Made by a program: the position numbers and the translations under genes
Notes under the pieces: model-generated
What the model saw: the letters and a program-made list of their open reading frames with translations, nothing else
Databases searched by the model: none
Told to the model about the DNA's origin: nothing
Part shown: one piece after another, positions 1-14,294 of the stretch
Layout: each line of letters opens with the position of its first letter
Numbering within the stretch: the first letter of the stretch is position 1
Assembly: GCF_018350175.1 (NCBI RefSeq)
Contig: NC_058368.1
Coordinates: forward strand, 86,864,001 to 86,928,000
Length of the DNA: 64,000 nt
DNA from: Felis catus
Taxonomy: Eukaryota
Direction: 5' to 3'

Positions 1-2915
1 ATTTATTATTTCTCTTCTGCTGGGTTTGGTGTGTCTTTGCTGTTCTGCTTCTATTTCCTTTAGGTGTACTATTAGATTTTGTGTTTGGGATTTTTCTTGT
101 TTCTTGAGATAGGCCTGGATTACAATGTATTTTCCTCTCAGGACTGCCTCATTGCATCCCAAAGCATTGGGATTGTTATGTTTTCATTTTCATTTCTTTC
201 CATATATGTTTTTTAGTTTCTTCTCTAATGGCCTGGTTGACCCATTCATTCTTTATTAGGGTATTCTTTAATCTCCATGCTTTTGGAAGTTTTTCAGGCT
301 TTTTCCTGTGGTTGGTTTCAAGTTTCATAGCATTGTGGTCTGAAAGTGTGCATGGTATGAACTCAATTCTTGTATACTTATGAAGGGCTGTTTTGTGGCC
401 CAGTATGTGATGTATCTTGGAGAATGTTCCATGTGCACTCGAGAAGAAAGTATATTCTGTTTCTTTGGGATGCAGAGTTCTAAATATATTTGTCAAGTCC
501 ATCTGATCCAATGTATCTTTCAGGGCCCTGTTCCCTTATTGATCCTGTGTCTAGATGATCTATCCATTGTTGTAAGTGGGGCATTAAAGTCCCCTGCCGT
601 TACCACATTCTAATCAATAAGGTTGCTTATGTTTGTGATTAATTGTTTTATATATTTGGAGGCTCCTGTATTCAGCACATAGATATTTAAAATTGTTAGC
701 TCTTCCTAATGGATAGACCCTGTAATTATTACATAATGCCCTTCTTCATCTTTTGTTACAGACTTTCATTTAAAGTCTAATTTGTCTGATGTAAGTATGG
801 CTACTGCAGCTTTCTTTTGACTTCCAGTAGCATGATAGATAGTTCTCCATCCCTATATTTCAGTCTGAAGTTGTCTTCAGTTCTAAAATGAGTCTCTTGT
901 AGACAGCAAATACATGGGTCTTGTGTTTTATCCATTCTGGATACCCTATGCCTTTTGGTTGGAGCATTTAGTCCATTTACAGTCAGTGTTATTATTGAAA
1001 GATATAGGTTTACAGTCATTGGTTTTAGAGCCTGTAGTATTCATGCTTTTAGTGATGTCTCTGGTATTTTGTGGTCCTTGCAAAATTTCACTCACAGAAT
1101 CCCCCTTAGAAATTTTGTAGGGCTGGTTTAGTGGTGATGAATTCCTTCAGTTTTTGTTTGGGAAGACCTTTATCTTTCCTTCTATTCTGAATGACAGACT
1201 TGCTGGATAAAGGATTCTTGTCTGAATTTTTTTTTTCTGTTCATTACATTGAAGTCTTTCTGACATTCCTTTTTGGCCTGCCATGTTTCAGTAGATAAGT
1301 CTGCTACAACCCTTAGGTGTCTACCGTTGTAAGTTAGGGCCTGTTTACCCTTAGCTGCTTTCAGAATTTTCTCTTTATCCTTGTATTTTGACAGTTTCAC
1401 TATGATATGTCATGCAGAAGATCGATTCAAGTTACATCTGAAGGAAGTTCTCTGTGCCTCTTGGATTTCAGTACCTGTTTCTTTCCCAGATCAGGGGAGT
1501 TCTCAGCTATGATTTATTCAAGTACACCTTCAGCCCCTCTCTCTTTCTCTTCTTCTTCTGGAATTCCTATGATATGGTTATTATTCCATTTGATTGCATC
1601 ACTGAGGTCTCTAATTCTCCCCTCATACTCCTGGATTTTTTTAATCTCTCTTTTTCTCATTTTCCTCTTTTTCCATAATTTTATCTTCTAATTCACCTAT
1701 TCTCTCTTCTGCCTCTTCAATCCGTGCTATGGCCACCTCCATTTTATTTTCCACCTCATTTATAACACTTTTACCTCCTTATGAGTATTTCTTAGTCCCT
1801 TGATCTCTGTAGCAATAGTTTCTCTGCTCTCCTCTATGCTTTTTTCAAACCCAGCAATTAATTTTATGACTATTATTCTAAATTCTTGTTCTGTTATATT
1901 GCTTAAATCAGTTTTGATCAATTTGTTAGCTGTTGCTACTTCTTGGAGTTTCTTTTGGGGAGAATTCTTCCATTTCGTCATTTTGTGTAGTCCCTGTGGT
2001 AGCTCAAAACTGTAGGGCACTTCCCCTGTGCTGTCCTGAGAAACTTGTATTGGTAGTCAGGGCTGCAGTCAGATCCAATGTCTGCCCCCAGCCTATCGCT
2101 TGGGCCACAGTCAGACTGGTGTGTACCTTATCTTCCCCTCTCCCATGGGCAGGACTCACTGTGGAGTGGTGTGGTCCCTGTTGGGGCTGCTTGCACACTT
2201 CCAGGCTTGTGGTGCTGCTTCAGTGGGATCTGGCATATTAACCAGGGTGGATCTGCAAGGTGCACTGGGGCAGGAGGGGCAGGCTTGGCTCACTTTGCCA
2301 TTGGTGGTCCCTTGCAGGAGGGGCCCTGCAGAACTGGAATGGAGGCAGGCCTGTTGGAGGAATGGATCCACAGAATCACTGCATTGGGTATTTGTGAGGT
2401 GCAAGCAAATTTGGTGATGGGAACTGGTTCCCTTTGGAATTTCGGCTAGAGGGTGGGAGAGGGAAATGTTGCTTTTCAGTGCCTTTTTCTCTAGCCAAGC
2501 TCTGTTCTTCTGGGACTCAACAACTTTCCCTCCAAGCGTCCTCTCACCCTCCCTGCTCTCAGAATGTAGAGCTGTTGACTTTTAACATTCCAGCTGTTAA
2601 GTCCCACTGGCTATCCAAACTCATGCAGTCTGGCCCTTCCGCTTTTGCAAACCAGACTTGGGGGGCTCTGTCTTGCGCTGTGGGCTATCCCTCCACCACT
2701 CCGACTCCCTCCTGCCAGTCCATGTAGCACGCACCACCTCTCTGCCCCTCCTATCCTCTTCCGTGGGCCTCTTGCTTATGCTTGGCTCTGGAGTGTCCGT
2801 TCAGCTAGTCTTCTGGTGGTTTTCTGGTTTATTTAGGCCAATGTGGGTGGAATCTAAGTGATCAGCAAGAGGTGAGCCTAGTGTCCTCCTTTGTTGCCAT
2901 CTTCCTCTCTGGAAT
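1..2915 (-). mobile_element. LINE-1, 5' part (5' UTR, ORF1, ORF2 endonuclease domain), decayed; continues past the left window edge
   Basis: Minus-strand ORF fragments MTVNLYLSIITLTVNGLNAP (ORF2 start, 1019), FFSSAHGTFSKIHHILGHK and SDHNAMKLE (endonuclease), MTKWKNSPQKKLQE (ORF1 start near 1981). The 5' end reads GAGGAAGATGGCAACAAAGGAGG on the minus strand. Confidence 0.95.
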
Positions 2916-4099
2916 CTCCTGGTCTACTTTTTTTATACATGATTGAAAGTAGTTCTTAATTAAGCAATTGGATTTTTTGTTTGTTTGTTTTAGAAAAAAA
3001 GTACACTGAGTTAGATGTGTCCTTGACTTTCATTTATAAAATGAGGTGCTCATGAGAAGGGTGTGTTACTAAATAAATTCTTGTTTCTTTTAAAGATTTC
3101 TTTGACCATATAAGTACAAAGTTTGAGAACTGTATTTGTGAAATATGAAGTATAAGAAATAGGAAAAGTTTGAATTAATAAAAAGAAAACTGAAATCAGA
3201 GTGTGCAATTATTTCAACATACTGTTTTCTGTATAAAGTACAGTCAAATATATACATATAAAAAGGATTATAATCATGTGCCACGTTTGTTTTACAAGGA
3301 TAATGTACAAAGCAATCTGATAAACAGGTAATGAAAAGTACAAAGTACATGGACAAGACTGCAGGAGGGTTTAAACAAAGCAATAGAAGTACCTTACAAA
3401 ATGTTTTGTCTCTAGAAAAGAAAAACCCTAATTGTGATTGTTAGCATGTCACCAAATTTAGAATATCCAGTGGCTTCAGAGGAAATACAACTATTAGAAA
3501 ATAATAATTGTGATAGGTATTTGACTTCTATCTGATCCCATCTCTTAGGGAGCAAAATACTTTACCCATCAAAGGTTCACTTCCATTTCCTTATCCTGTT
3601 TTCCATGGCTGTCTTATAGAGGCAGCAAACAAGGGCTTGACCTGCTGAAACAGTCTGGAGATATAATATATCCTATTCTGTGTTGGCTGACACCTGTACA
3701 AATAGGGGTGCTTCTCAAAGGAGAAAGACCTAGGAGACTGAGTATGAGCTACCTCTTAGATCCTGATTGTGCTATTTGAAATCTCTTTTGATTCCCACTC
3801 AAAAATGAGCTGGGGTAAGGATAGAACAAGAAGGCTATATATTTGAAAGGGATAGGAGGAAATATTTAATTGTGAGAGTCATAATATAAATTTTCAAAAA
3901 CTATATCTATATTGAAAGTTTACTACATAAAGTACCATAATGAAATGATATACATGTGATCTGTCTTCCTTTATTTACTATGTACATGTTTATTAATATT
4001 TTGTTGAAGATATTATATTTGAACTTACGGTACTTATTTGTCATAGGAAATTTTGTAGTTTTATTTTCTAGACTCCTTTGCATTTTGGTGCTCTTAGTA

Positions 4100-4290
4100 A
4101 TTAATAAAATTGTATTTTCTTAAAAAAATGTGTGAAATCTGTATTAATTCTTATTTTAAAAATTGGTAGAATTCTTCAGTGAGCCTGCATATTTTTTGAC
4201 AAGAGTCTTTTTATTGTGTATTAAATATCTTCAGTGGTGTTGTTACTATTTCCATTACCTATTGCATCTTGATTGAATACTGTTAATGTT
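4100..4290 (-). mobile_element. old L1 ORF2 fragment
   Basis: TTTAAAAATTGGTAGAATTCTTCAGTGAGCC resembles the antisense of the ORF2 [11 protein letters not shown] region; highly diverged. Confidence 0.4.
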
Positions 4291-5478
4291 TAAAAAAAAA
4301 AACAAGCCAGGAATAGAGAAGAATGCAGAGACTTAGACAAAATTTCAAGATCAAGGAACTCATCACAAATGAAAGAACAAGCCACAGCCAGAGATCTAAG
4401 TGAAATCAACATAATTAACATGCCTGCTGGAGAATTTAAAGCATCAACCATAAGCATATTTGCTGGGATTAAGAGAATAATGGAAGACGTCCAGGAAGCC
4501 CTTATCACCGAGGAAAATAAAGTTAAAAAGATTCAGTCAGAAGTGAAAAATGAAATAACTGAGATTGGATACAACAGTGATGCAATGCATACAAAGCTGT
4601 AAAAAGCAGAACAAATAAGTGATGAAACAAACTAATGGAAAATAATTAAGCTAAACAAAAGAGACAAGAATTATGGAGCATGGGAATAGATTCACAGAAC
4701 TCAGTGGCTCCATTAAATGTTATAACATACATATCATAGGAGTCCAAGAAGAACGGAGAAAAAATTTACTTGAGGAAAAATAGCTTAAAACTGCCTTATA
4801 CTGGGAAAGGAAACAGACATCCAGGTCGAGGAGTCAGAGAGAACTTCCATCAAAATCAACAAAAACAGGTCAACACCAAGACATACTGTAATTAAATTTG
4901 TAAAATATAGTGATAAAGAAAATATCTTAAGAGCAGCAAGACAGAAGACTTTAACTTACACAGGAAGATCTTTCCACAGAAACTTGGCAAGCCAGAAAGG
5001 AGGTCATGATATAGTCAATGTCATGAATGGGGAAGAATATGCAGTCAAGAATACTCTATCCAGCAAGGCTATCATTCACAGTAGAAGGAGAGATAATTTC
5101 ACAGAAAAGCAAAAACAGAGTCTATGAACACTATCCAGCCCTGAAAGAAATATTAGAGGATTGTTTGAATGCAAAAAATAGACCCAGAGTGACAAAGGCA
5201 ACAAAAGATTAAAAAAATCTCCAGAAACAATGACAAAAGAAGTAACAAAACTGGACTAAATACATATCTATTAATAATTACTCTGAATGTAAATGGACTA
5301 AATACTCTAGTCAAAATCAGAATGGATATTTTAAAAGGCCCATCTATATACTGCCAACAAGAGACACATTTTAGACCTAAAGAAACCTGGAGATTGAAAA
5401 TGATGTGATGGAACATTTATAATAAAAATGGATGTCAAAAGAAACATGGACTAGCAATATATATATCAGATTAACTAG

Positions 5479-5488
5479 CTTTTCTTTT

Positions 5489-5532
<44 letters not shown>

Positions 5533-5650
5533 TCACAGGCTCCACATTCGGTATGGAGCCCAACACAGGGCCCAGACTCATGACCCCCAGATCAAGACCA
5601 GAGCCAGAGACAAGAGTCATGCTCAACTGACAGAGCCATCCAGGCACATC
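5479..5650 (-). mobile_element. CAN-SINE (partial) with (TTTC)n tail
   Basis: tRNA-derived head on the minus strand (GTGCCTGGATGGCTCTGTCAGTTGAGCATGACTCTTG), tail (TTTC)n at 5479-5534, degenerate TSD ATCAGATTAACTAG / ATCAGTAAAACTAG. Confidence 0.85.
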
Positions 5651-8313
5651 AGTAAAACTAGAATTAAAAAAAAAAAATGAAACAAGAGATAAACAAGGAA
5701 ACGATATCATAAAAAAGGGGACAATCTAAAAAGGAGTTGTAAATATTGTAAATGTTTATACACTCAACAGGGAGAACCCAGATATATAAAACAATAGCAA
5801 ACAAAAGGAACTAATTGATAATAGTGCAATAATACTAGGGGACTTTAATAAACCACTTACAACAATGAACAGATTATCTATATATAAAATCAACAAGGAA
5901 ACAAGGTCTTTGATTGACACATTGGACCAGATGCACTTAACAGCCCCTATATACTCGGGACATTCCATCTTTAAACAGCAGAAAACACATTTTTTTTAAA
6001 CACACATGGGACTTTCTCCAGAATAGATTACATACTGGGTAACAAATCAGGCTTCAGCATGCACAAGAGTATTGAGATCATACCATGAATATTTTCTGAC
6101 CACAACACTATGAAACTTGAAGTCAACCTCAAGACAAAATTTGGAAAGAACACAAATACACAGGAGTGAAAAAGCATATTAAAATTAATATGTATATTAA
6201 AAGCATAAAAAAGCAAATTAAAAACAAAAAATAAGCCAAACAGGAAATCAAAGAAGAAACTAAATATACATGGAAATGAAAGAAAATGAAAAATCATTGA
6301 TCCAAAAACTTTGGGGTGCAGCAAAAGCAGTTTGAAGAGGGAATTTATATAACAATACAGGTTTAATGTAATAAGAAAGAAAAATCTCAAATAAATGATC
6401 TAACTTTACATCTACAGGAGCTAGAAAAATAACAACAAATAAAGCCTAAAGCCAGCAGAAGAAGGAAAAGGATAAAGATTAAAGTATAAATATACGCTAT
6501 ATAAACTTAAAAAGAGATCAATGAAACCCCAAGACGATTCTTTGAAATAATTGACAACCCCCTAGCCAAGCTTATCAAAAAGAAGAGAGAAAATACCCAA
6601 ATAAATAATATCACAAATGAGAAAAGAGAAATAACAAACAACACCACAGAAACACATACAATTGTAAGAGAATATTATGAAAAATTACATGCCAACAAAA
6701 TGGACAACCTGGAAAATTTGGACAAATTCCTAGGAACATACAAACTACCAAAACTGAAACAGGAAGAAGTAGAAAACCCATAACCATCAACGGTTATAAA
6801 GACCCATAATCAGCAAAAAAAATAAATAAATAAATCAATAATAAAAAATCTCCTAACAAACAAAAGTTCAGGACCAGGTGGCTTCACAATTAAATTCTAT
6901 CAAATATTTAAAGAAGAAGTGATATCTATTCTTCTCAAAATATTCCCAAATAGAAAATGGAGGAAAACTTCCAAATTCATTCTATGAGGCCAGCATTACC
7001 CTGATACCAAACCCAGATAAAGACTCTACAAAAAAAAAATAAAAACAACAAAACAAAACACTACAGGCCGATATCCATGATGAGTATGGATAATAAACTT
7101 CTTAATAAAATACTAGCAAGCCAAATCCAACAGTACATTAAGAATCATTTGCCACAATACAGTGGGATTTATTCCTGGGCTGTAAGGGTGGTTTGGTATT
7201 CACAAATCAACATGATGTTAATAAAGAAAGGATTAGAACCACATTATTCTCTCACTAGATGAAGAAAAACATTTCAAAAGGACAACATAGGTTCATGAGG
7301 AAAACCCTTAACAAAGTAAGATTGAGGGAACATACTTCAACCTAATACAGCTGTATACAAAAAAAAAAAAACAAAAAAACAAAAAACAAATACAAAAACA
7401 ACAACAACAACAAAAACAGCTAATATTATCCTCAATAGAGTAAAACCAACAACTTGTCCTGTAAATTGAGAAACTAGACAAGGATGTACACTCTCACCAC
7501 TGTTATTTAACACAGTACTGGAAATCCTAGTCACAGTGATCAGACTACAAAAAGAAATAAAAAAAATCCAAATTGACAAGGAAGAAGTCAAACTTTCACT
7601 ATTTTCAGATTATATGACACTCTATATAGAAAATGTGAGACTCCACCCAAAATTTTCTAGAACATATACATGAACTGAATGAACACACAGTATACAAAGT
7701 CAATGTACAGAAATCTGTTGCATTTCTATACATCAATAATAAAGCAACCAAAATAGAAATCAAGGAATCAACCCCACTTACAATTGTAACAAGAAAAAAA
7801 CAAATATGATATTGAGGAATAAAGGTAACCAAAGAGGTAAAAGACCTGCATTCTGAGAATTATAAAACACTGATGACAATAATGGAAGAGGACACAAAAA
7901 AATGGAAAAACATTCCATGATCATGGATCAGAGGAACAAACACTGTTAAAATGCTGATAGTTCCCAAAGCGGTCTAAACATTCAAAGTAGACCCAATCAA
8001 AATACCTATTTTTCACAGAGCTGGAACAAACTATCCTAAAATTTGTATGGAACCACAGATGACCATGAGTAGTCAAAGCAATCTTGAAAAACAAAAGCAA
8101 AGTTGGAAGCATCACAATTACAGACTTCAAGTTATATTACAAAGATCTAGTGATGAAGACAGTATGGTACTGGCATAAAAATAGACACATAGAACAGAAA
8201 CCTCAGAAATCACATAATTGTATGGCCAGTTAAGCTATGACAAAGAAAAAAAGATATCTAATGGAAAAAGACAGTCTTTTCACAAAAATGGTGCTGGGAA
8301 AACTCCACAGTAA

Positions 8314-9075
8314 CATAATGTAGCCACTCTGGAAAACAGTATGGAGGTTTCTTAAAAATTAAAAATATTACTACCCTACAATCCAGCAATTGCACCACTA
8401 AGTATTTATCCAAAGGATACAAAAACGCTAACTCGAATGGGCACATGTACCCCAATGCTTACAACAGCACTATCAACAATAGCCAAATTATGGAAAGAGC
8501 CCAAATGCCAAATGTCCATCAACTAATGAATGGATAAAGGTATATGTCCATATATACTGATGAATGCATCAGTACATATCATACAGGAATATCATACAGT
8601 GAATATTATTCAGTATATATACATATATAATATTATTCTGTGATCAGAAAGAATGAAATCTTGCCATTTGCAACAACGTGGATGGAACTAGAGTGCATCA
8701 TGCTAAGCAAAATAAGTCAGTCAGAGAAATACAAATATATAATTTCACTCATATCACTCATGTGGAATTTGAGAAACAAAACAGATAATAACAGGGGAAG
8801 GAAAGGAAAAATAAGAAAAACAGAAAGAGAGGCAAACCATAAGAGACTCTTAAATACAGAGAACAAATTTAGGATTGATGGCGTGAAGTTGGGTGGGGGG
8901 ATGGGCTAAATGGGTGATGGACATTAAGGAGGGAACTTGTTTGAATGAGCACTGGGTGTTGTATGTAAGTGATGACTCACCGGGTCCTATTCCTGAAACC
9001 AATACTACACCGTATATTAACTAACTTGAATTAAAAAAAATACATTATGTACTCTAAAAAATAAAATAATATAAT
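8314..9075 (+). mobile_element. 5'-truncated L1 3' end nested in the older L1 ORF2
   Basis: The host ORF2 breaks after GGTGCTGGGAAAACTCCACAGTAACAT, jumps to an ORF2 C-terminus/3' UTR (KNEILPFATTWMELE) with an A-rich tail, then resumes colinearly near 9076. Confidence 0.85.
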
Positions 9076-9196
9076 AAAAGAATAATAGTGGGCTACTTTC
9101 TTACCCTATACACAAAAATAAATTAAAATACATTAAAGTTCTAAATGTGAGACATGAAACCATTAAAATCCTAGAAGAGAACACAGTCATCTTCCA

Positions 9197-9405
9197 TTAA
9201 AAAATGTTTATTTATTTATTTTGAGAGAGAAAGAGAGTGTGCAAGCAGGAGAGGGGCAGAGAGAGAGGAGAAAGAATCCCAGACACTGAACTAAACACTT
9301 TTAGTTCAGAATCCAACATGGGGCTTGAACTCATGAACTGTGAGATCATAACCTGAGCTGAAACCAAGAATGGGATTCTTAACCAACTGAGCCACTCAGG
9401 GGCCA
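9197..9405 (-). mobile_element. CAN-SINE
   Basis: SINEC head, CT-rich body and A-rich tail on the minus strand; inserted in L1 ORF2. Confidence 0.9.
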
Positions 9406-10486
9406 TAACAGTAACCTCTTTGAAATCACCTGTAGTAACTTCTTACTAGATACATCTCCTGTGGCAAGGGAAACAAAAGGAAAAACAAACTACTGGGATC
9501 CTAAAAATAAAAAAGTTTCTGCACAGCGAAGGAAACCACTAACAAAAGTAAAGACAGCCTATGGAATGGGAGAAGATATTTACAAATTACATGTCTAATA
9601 AAGGGTTAGTATATAAAACACACAAAGAACTTATAAAACTCAACACTCAAGAATCATAATCCAATTAAAATTGGACAGAAGACATGAATAGACCTTTTTC
9701 CAAAGACGACATACACGTGACCAACAGACACATGAAAAGATGTTCAACAACACTCATCACCAGGGAAATACAAATCAAAACTACAATTAGATACCACCTC
9801 ACACCATTCAGAATGGTTAAAATCAACAACAAAATAAACAATAGGTATTGGCAAGAATGTGGGAAAAGGGGATCACTCTTGCACTGTTGTTGAGAGTCAA
9901 ATTGGTGCAGCCCCTGTGGAAAATGGTATGGAGTTTCCTCAAAAAGTTAAAAATAGAACCACCCTATGATCCAGCAACTTCCTACTTGGTATTTACCCAG
10001 AGGATACTAAAGTACCAATTTGAAGGGATGCATTAAACAGGATTATCCACTATAGCCAAATTATGGAAAGAACCCAAATGTCCATTGACTGATGAGTGGA
10101 TAAAGAAGATATGGCATACATGTACACACAGTGGGATATTACTCAGTCAAAATAATAATGAAACTTTGTCATTTGCAATGATGTACCTGGGGCTATACAG
10201 TATTATGCTAAGCAAAATAAGTCAGTCAGTTAAATGCAAATACCTTATGATTTCACTCTCATGTGGAATTTAATAACAAAACAAATGAGCATAGGGAAAA
10301 AAAGAGAGGCAAACCAAGAAGTAGCCTCTTAACTATAGATAACAAGCTGCTAGTTATCAGAAGGTAGGTAAGTGAGGGGACAGGGATTAAGGAATGTGCC
10401 TGTTGTGGTGAGCACAGGGTGTTGTATGAAAGATTTGAATCACTGATTTGTGCACCTGACACTGTATGTTAAATAACTGGAATTTT

Positions 10487-10695
10487 ATTTTTTTTAATTT
10501 TTAAATGTTTACTTATTTTTGAGAGAGAGCTCGAACAAGGGAGGGAGGGCAGAGAGGGAGACACTGACTCTGTAGCAGGTCCCAGGCTCTGAGCTGTCAG
10601 CACAGAGCCCAGTGAGGAGCTCCAACTCACAAACCGTGAGATTATGACCAGAGCCGAAGTTGGATGCTTAGCCAACTGAGCCACCCAGGTGCCCC
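10487..10695 (-). mobile_element. CAN-SINE (feliform type)
   Basis: GGGGCACCTGGGTGGCTCAGTTGG head on the minus strand; TSD TTAAATAACT(G/A)GAATTTT at 10469-10486 and 10696-10713. Confidence 0.95.
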
Positions 10696-10744
10696 TTAAA
10701 TAACTAGAATTTTAATTAAAAAAGAAAAAACTTTAAAAAAATGA

Positions 10745-10940
10745 AGTAAAATAATTCATACCAGAGTGGTATTAGTGAGGGATATGTGAAATATATAGAT
10801 GAAGAGGATTAAGAATACACATGATGAGCACTTAGCAATGAGATATAGAATTTTTGAATCACTATATTTTACACCTGAAACTAATATAACGTTGTATGTT
10901 GACTGTACTGGAATTCAATAACAAAACCAAGCCAAAATAT
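10745..10940 (+). mobile_element. L1 3' terminal fragment (L1MA-like)
   Basis: GATGAGCAC...GAATCACTATATTTTACACCTGAAACTAATATAAC is an L1 3' end motif, followed by an A-rich tail. Confidence 0.75.
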
Positions 10941-11016
10941 AAAATAAAATAAAGTAAAATAAAATAAAATAAAAATGAAATGAAATGAAATGAAATGAAA
11001 TGAAATGAAATGAAAT
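10941..11016 (+). repeat. (AAAAT)n grading into (GAAAT)n microsatellite, derived from an L1 tail
   Basis: Directly visible pentanucleotide repeats. Confidence 0.95.
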
Positions 11017-13319
11017 GCCATTCAAGGTTGCAAACAAACTTCCTCAGGTAATTTTCACTCTTTGGTCAAGGATCAAATTTAGGTCCATATTTAAATAATG
11101 CCCTTAACTCAGAGAGGATCCCCAAAAGTTTTCTGAAGAATTGAGAATCATAATCAGGGTCTATGACTCTAAGCTGCTAAGTCCTTATCAGCTGGTTCAC
11201 ATACTGGTAGGGCCTGGCAAAGTTAAAAAAAATGGCTGTGAGAAGAATCCCGAGGATAACATTGGAAAGCCAATATGGTCCTTTCATAAAACAGAAAAAG
11301 CTTGCAAAATAGCAACTGATCTTGTAAAAACCATTCCTAGAATCTTCTTTGTCTGAATTGATTGAACTCATATTTGAATATGCAAATAAAAGAAGAAGGA
11401 ATTTTTGGCAGACTTTAAAGACCATCTGGAAGCTGAGTTTCTATGACATTCTGGGTTGATACAATAATTGAGGTCACCCAAACTGTTCTTGCTACACTGT
11501 TTTTAAATGTATTATCTCCTAAAGTTACTGGATTGAGAAAAAAGACAAAAAAATGGAATCAAAGGCCACCAGTCTGACTGAACTCATAACCACAGGTGGG
11601 CACTTGCAGAGAACTTTCAAATAAGACAACAGACTAAAATTCATCAAGCTATTGACCTTACACCTATAACGTTTCCAAAGTCAGTCCCCTATATTAATAC
11701 TTAAGCTTTCCACATCTCATTCCTCTATGGGTCTTACATCAAAATGCTGGCCTAGCGGTGGATGCCTCATTTGCAATCAACTAGAACACAGAGAAAAGGA
11801 TTGTCCTCCAAGATTTAATGCAACTTCTTTCACATCAACTGAAGTGTACCCATATCTATCCCCTTAGTAGGGACCCAATATGGGCCATTGTAGAGTTAAA
11901 AGGATTCCAAGGTGTTCCCCAGTAAATTGCTACCAGTTTTTCACTTATATAGCTAAGAGGAAATTATAATTAAAATTAATGGGAAAACTTGCCAGAATCC
12001 GGTAGATACCAAAGCTATTCTCCCTAATTTAAACTATAATTTAAAAAATTTAGGACAAAAAATCCCCTGGAGTAAAGAAATTTTCAGAAAAGAACATATA
12101 ACAATTCAGAGAGAGTTTCTATATCAACCAGTATAAAGAACTCTGGGACATTTCACAGAAAATAACATTCCTTTTGTCATGTAACACAAGTTCAGTCAAT
12201 CCATTAATTAGGTGGAAATCTCTACATTTAAAGTGCTAATATATTTTGCCCCCATTAGATACCTCACCTTGAAACTTCCCATAGAACATAAACTTGATCT
12301 ATTATATTCCTTATGATCTATTCTTGACATAAAAGAAGAATGATTCCAATAGAGCTCCCTAATTTAACTAAGGAAACCAAAACTTTATGGGCTACTTCTA
12401 ATACTGGCATTAAGAGAATTAAAAAAAATTCACAGCCTATAAAAATCCAAAGAGACACAACTAAACTTCTTCCTCAATTGCCTTCATATCCATTAAAGCC
12501 TGAAGCCACACAAGGCTTTACGGCCAATGTTAGAAGACCTAATTGTCTAGGGGCTAATCATTCCCTATACCAACTCCCATAACACACTAATTTCACTGGT
12601 TGTTAAACCTAATGGGTAGGAATGGTAATTTTTTTCAGACTTAACAACTAGTAACAAAAGAATTTTTCCCCTTTCTCAGTTGTTCCAAATCCAAACACCC
12701 TTGTAACAAGTTCCACCCAACACAGAAAAGATCATTGTTGTAGACGTATGTTCAGCTTTCTTAAAATCATTGCTGTAGATCCCAAGCGCCATTATCCACT
12801 TGTATTTACTTGAGACAATCAACAATATATCTGGACAGTCATGCTTTAAGGTTTCACTCAGGCCTTTTTATTTTTGGCAAGTATTGCACCAAGATTTAAC
12901 CCTGGAAAATCAACCCTTTTACAATATGTAGAAAACATCTGACTGCATTCAGTTGCTAAAGAGACATACATTAATATTTCATTCATTTATTTCATTTTTT
13001 AGGTGAAAAAAGACAGAAAATCTCTAAGGAACAATTACAATTATGTCTACATACTGTTATTAACTAGGTTATAATCTAAGCCCTGAAGGAATCCAGCTAT
13101 CTCAAGAATAATTAAAGGAATCCAGGAATTTGCTAGACCCTTAACTAAATGACTGTTTTGTGGATTCTTAGGCCTAGCTTGCTATTGCAGAGTATGGACT
13201 ATTATGACTATTTCCTAATTTTTCTCTATTGGCTTCCCTACTTTATGTGCTTAAACTTAAGTCACTGAATACCTTCCTTAGGGAGATAAACATAAGCAGA
13301 CCTTATAAATCTAAAACAA
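11017..13319 (+). mobile_element. decayed class I endogenous retrovirus internal segment (gag-pro-RT), no LTRs visible
   Basis: CCHC knuckle CLICNQLEHREKDC (11763-11804); protease-site remnant VDTKA (about 12002); RT motif remnants YPLKPEA, GLIIPY..NT...VKPNG, VVPNPNTL, IVVDVCSAF, QQYIWTVML*GFT, LLQYVEN (YVDD remnant, 12925-12936), GFLGLACYCRVW. Many stops and frameshifts. Confidence 0.9.
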
Positions 13320-13518
13320 GGGGTGTCTGAATGGCACAGTAGGTTGAGCATCTGACTCTTGATTTTGGTTCAGGTCATGATCTCACAGTTCATGGGATAG
13401 AGCCCCAAAATGAGCTCTGTTCTGACAGTGCAGAGTCTGCTTGGAATTATTTCTCTCCTTCTCTCCACTCCTCCCCAACTCATTGCTTTTCCTCTCTCTC
13501 ACAAATAAATAAATAAAA
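13320..13518 (+). mobile_element. CAN-SINE (older subfamily)
   Basis: GGGGTGTCTGAATGGCACAGTAGGTTGAGCATCTGACTCTTGATTTTGG head, CT-rich body, (TAAA)n tail. Confidence 0.9.
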
Positions 13519-14294
13519 GGCAACCAACAGAATGGGAAAATTATTTGCAAATGACATATTGGACAAAGGGCTGGTATCAAAAATCTATGAAGAGCTCACC
13601 AACTCCACACCTGAAAAACAAATAATCCAGTGAAGAAATGGGCAGAAGACATGAATAGACACTTCTCTACAGGAGACATCCAGATGGCCTACAGGCACAT
13701 GAAAAGATGCTCAACGTCAGTCCTCACCAGGGAAATACCAATCAAAACCACACTAAGATACCACCTCACACAGGTCAAAGTGGCCAAAATGAACAATCAG
13801 GAGACTATAGATGCTGAAGAGGATGTGGAGAAATGGGAACCCTCTTGCACTGCTGGTGGGAATGCAAACTGGTGCAGCCACTCTGGAAAACACTGTGTAG
13901 GTTCCTCAAAAAATTAAAAATAGATCTACCCTATGACCCAGCAATAGCACTGCTAGGAATTTACCCAAGGGGTAGAGGAATGCTGATGCATAGGAGCACT
14001 TGTCCCCCAATGTTTATAGCAGCACTCTCAACAATAGCCAAATTATGGAAAGAGCCTAAATGTCCATCAACTGATGAATGGATAAAGAAATTGTGGTTTA
14101 TATACACAATGGAATACTACTTGGCCTTGAGAAAGAATGAAATATGGCCATATGTAGCAATGTGGATGGAACTGTAGAGTGTTATGCTAAGTGAAATAAG
14201 CCATACAGAGAAAGAAGATACCATATGTTTTCATTCTTATGTGGATCCTGAGAAACTTAACAGAAGACCATGGGGGAGGGGGAGGAAAAAAAGT
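13519..14294 (+). mobile_element. L1 ORF2 C-terminus and start of 3' UTR (cat-type), broken by an inversion
   Basis: ORF2 Cys-rich domain ([16 protein letters not shown]); ends abruptly at GGGGGAGGAAAAAAAGT. Confidence 0.9.

Larger units (their letters stand above)
4300..10740 (+). mobile_element. older carnivore-type LINE-1 (ORF1 to 3' end), decayed, interrupted by SINEs and a nested L1
   Basis: ORF1 fragments (MKEQATARDLSEI, MQSRILYPARLSF), ORF2 endonuclease/RT fragments in colinear order, and a 3' UTR ending near 10470-10740. Confidence 0.9.

Noticed and set aside
2920..4100. Second OR gene or pseudogene in the unique island
   Set aside because: No OR motifs (MAYDRY, KAFSTC, PMLNP) were recognised here in the ORF track or by eye.
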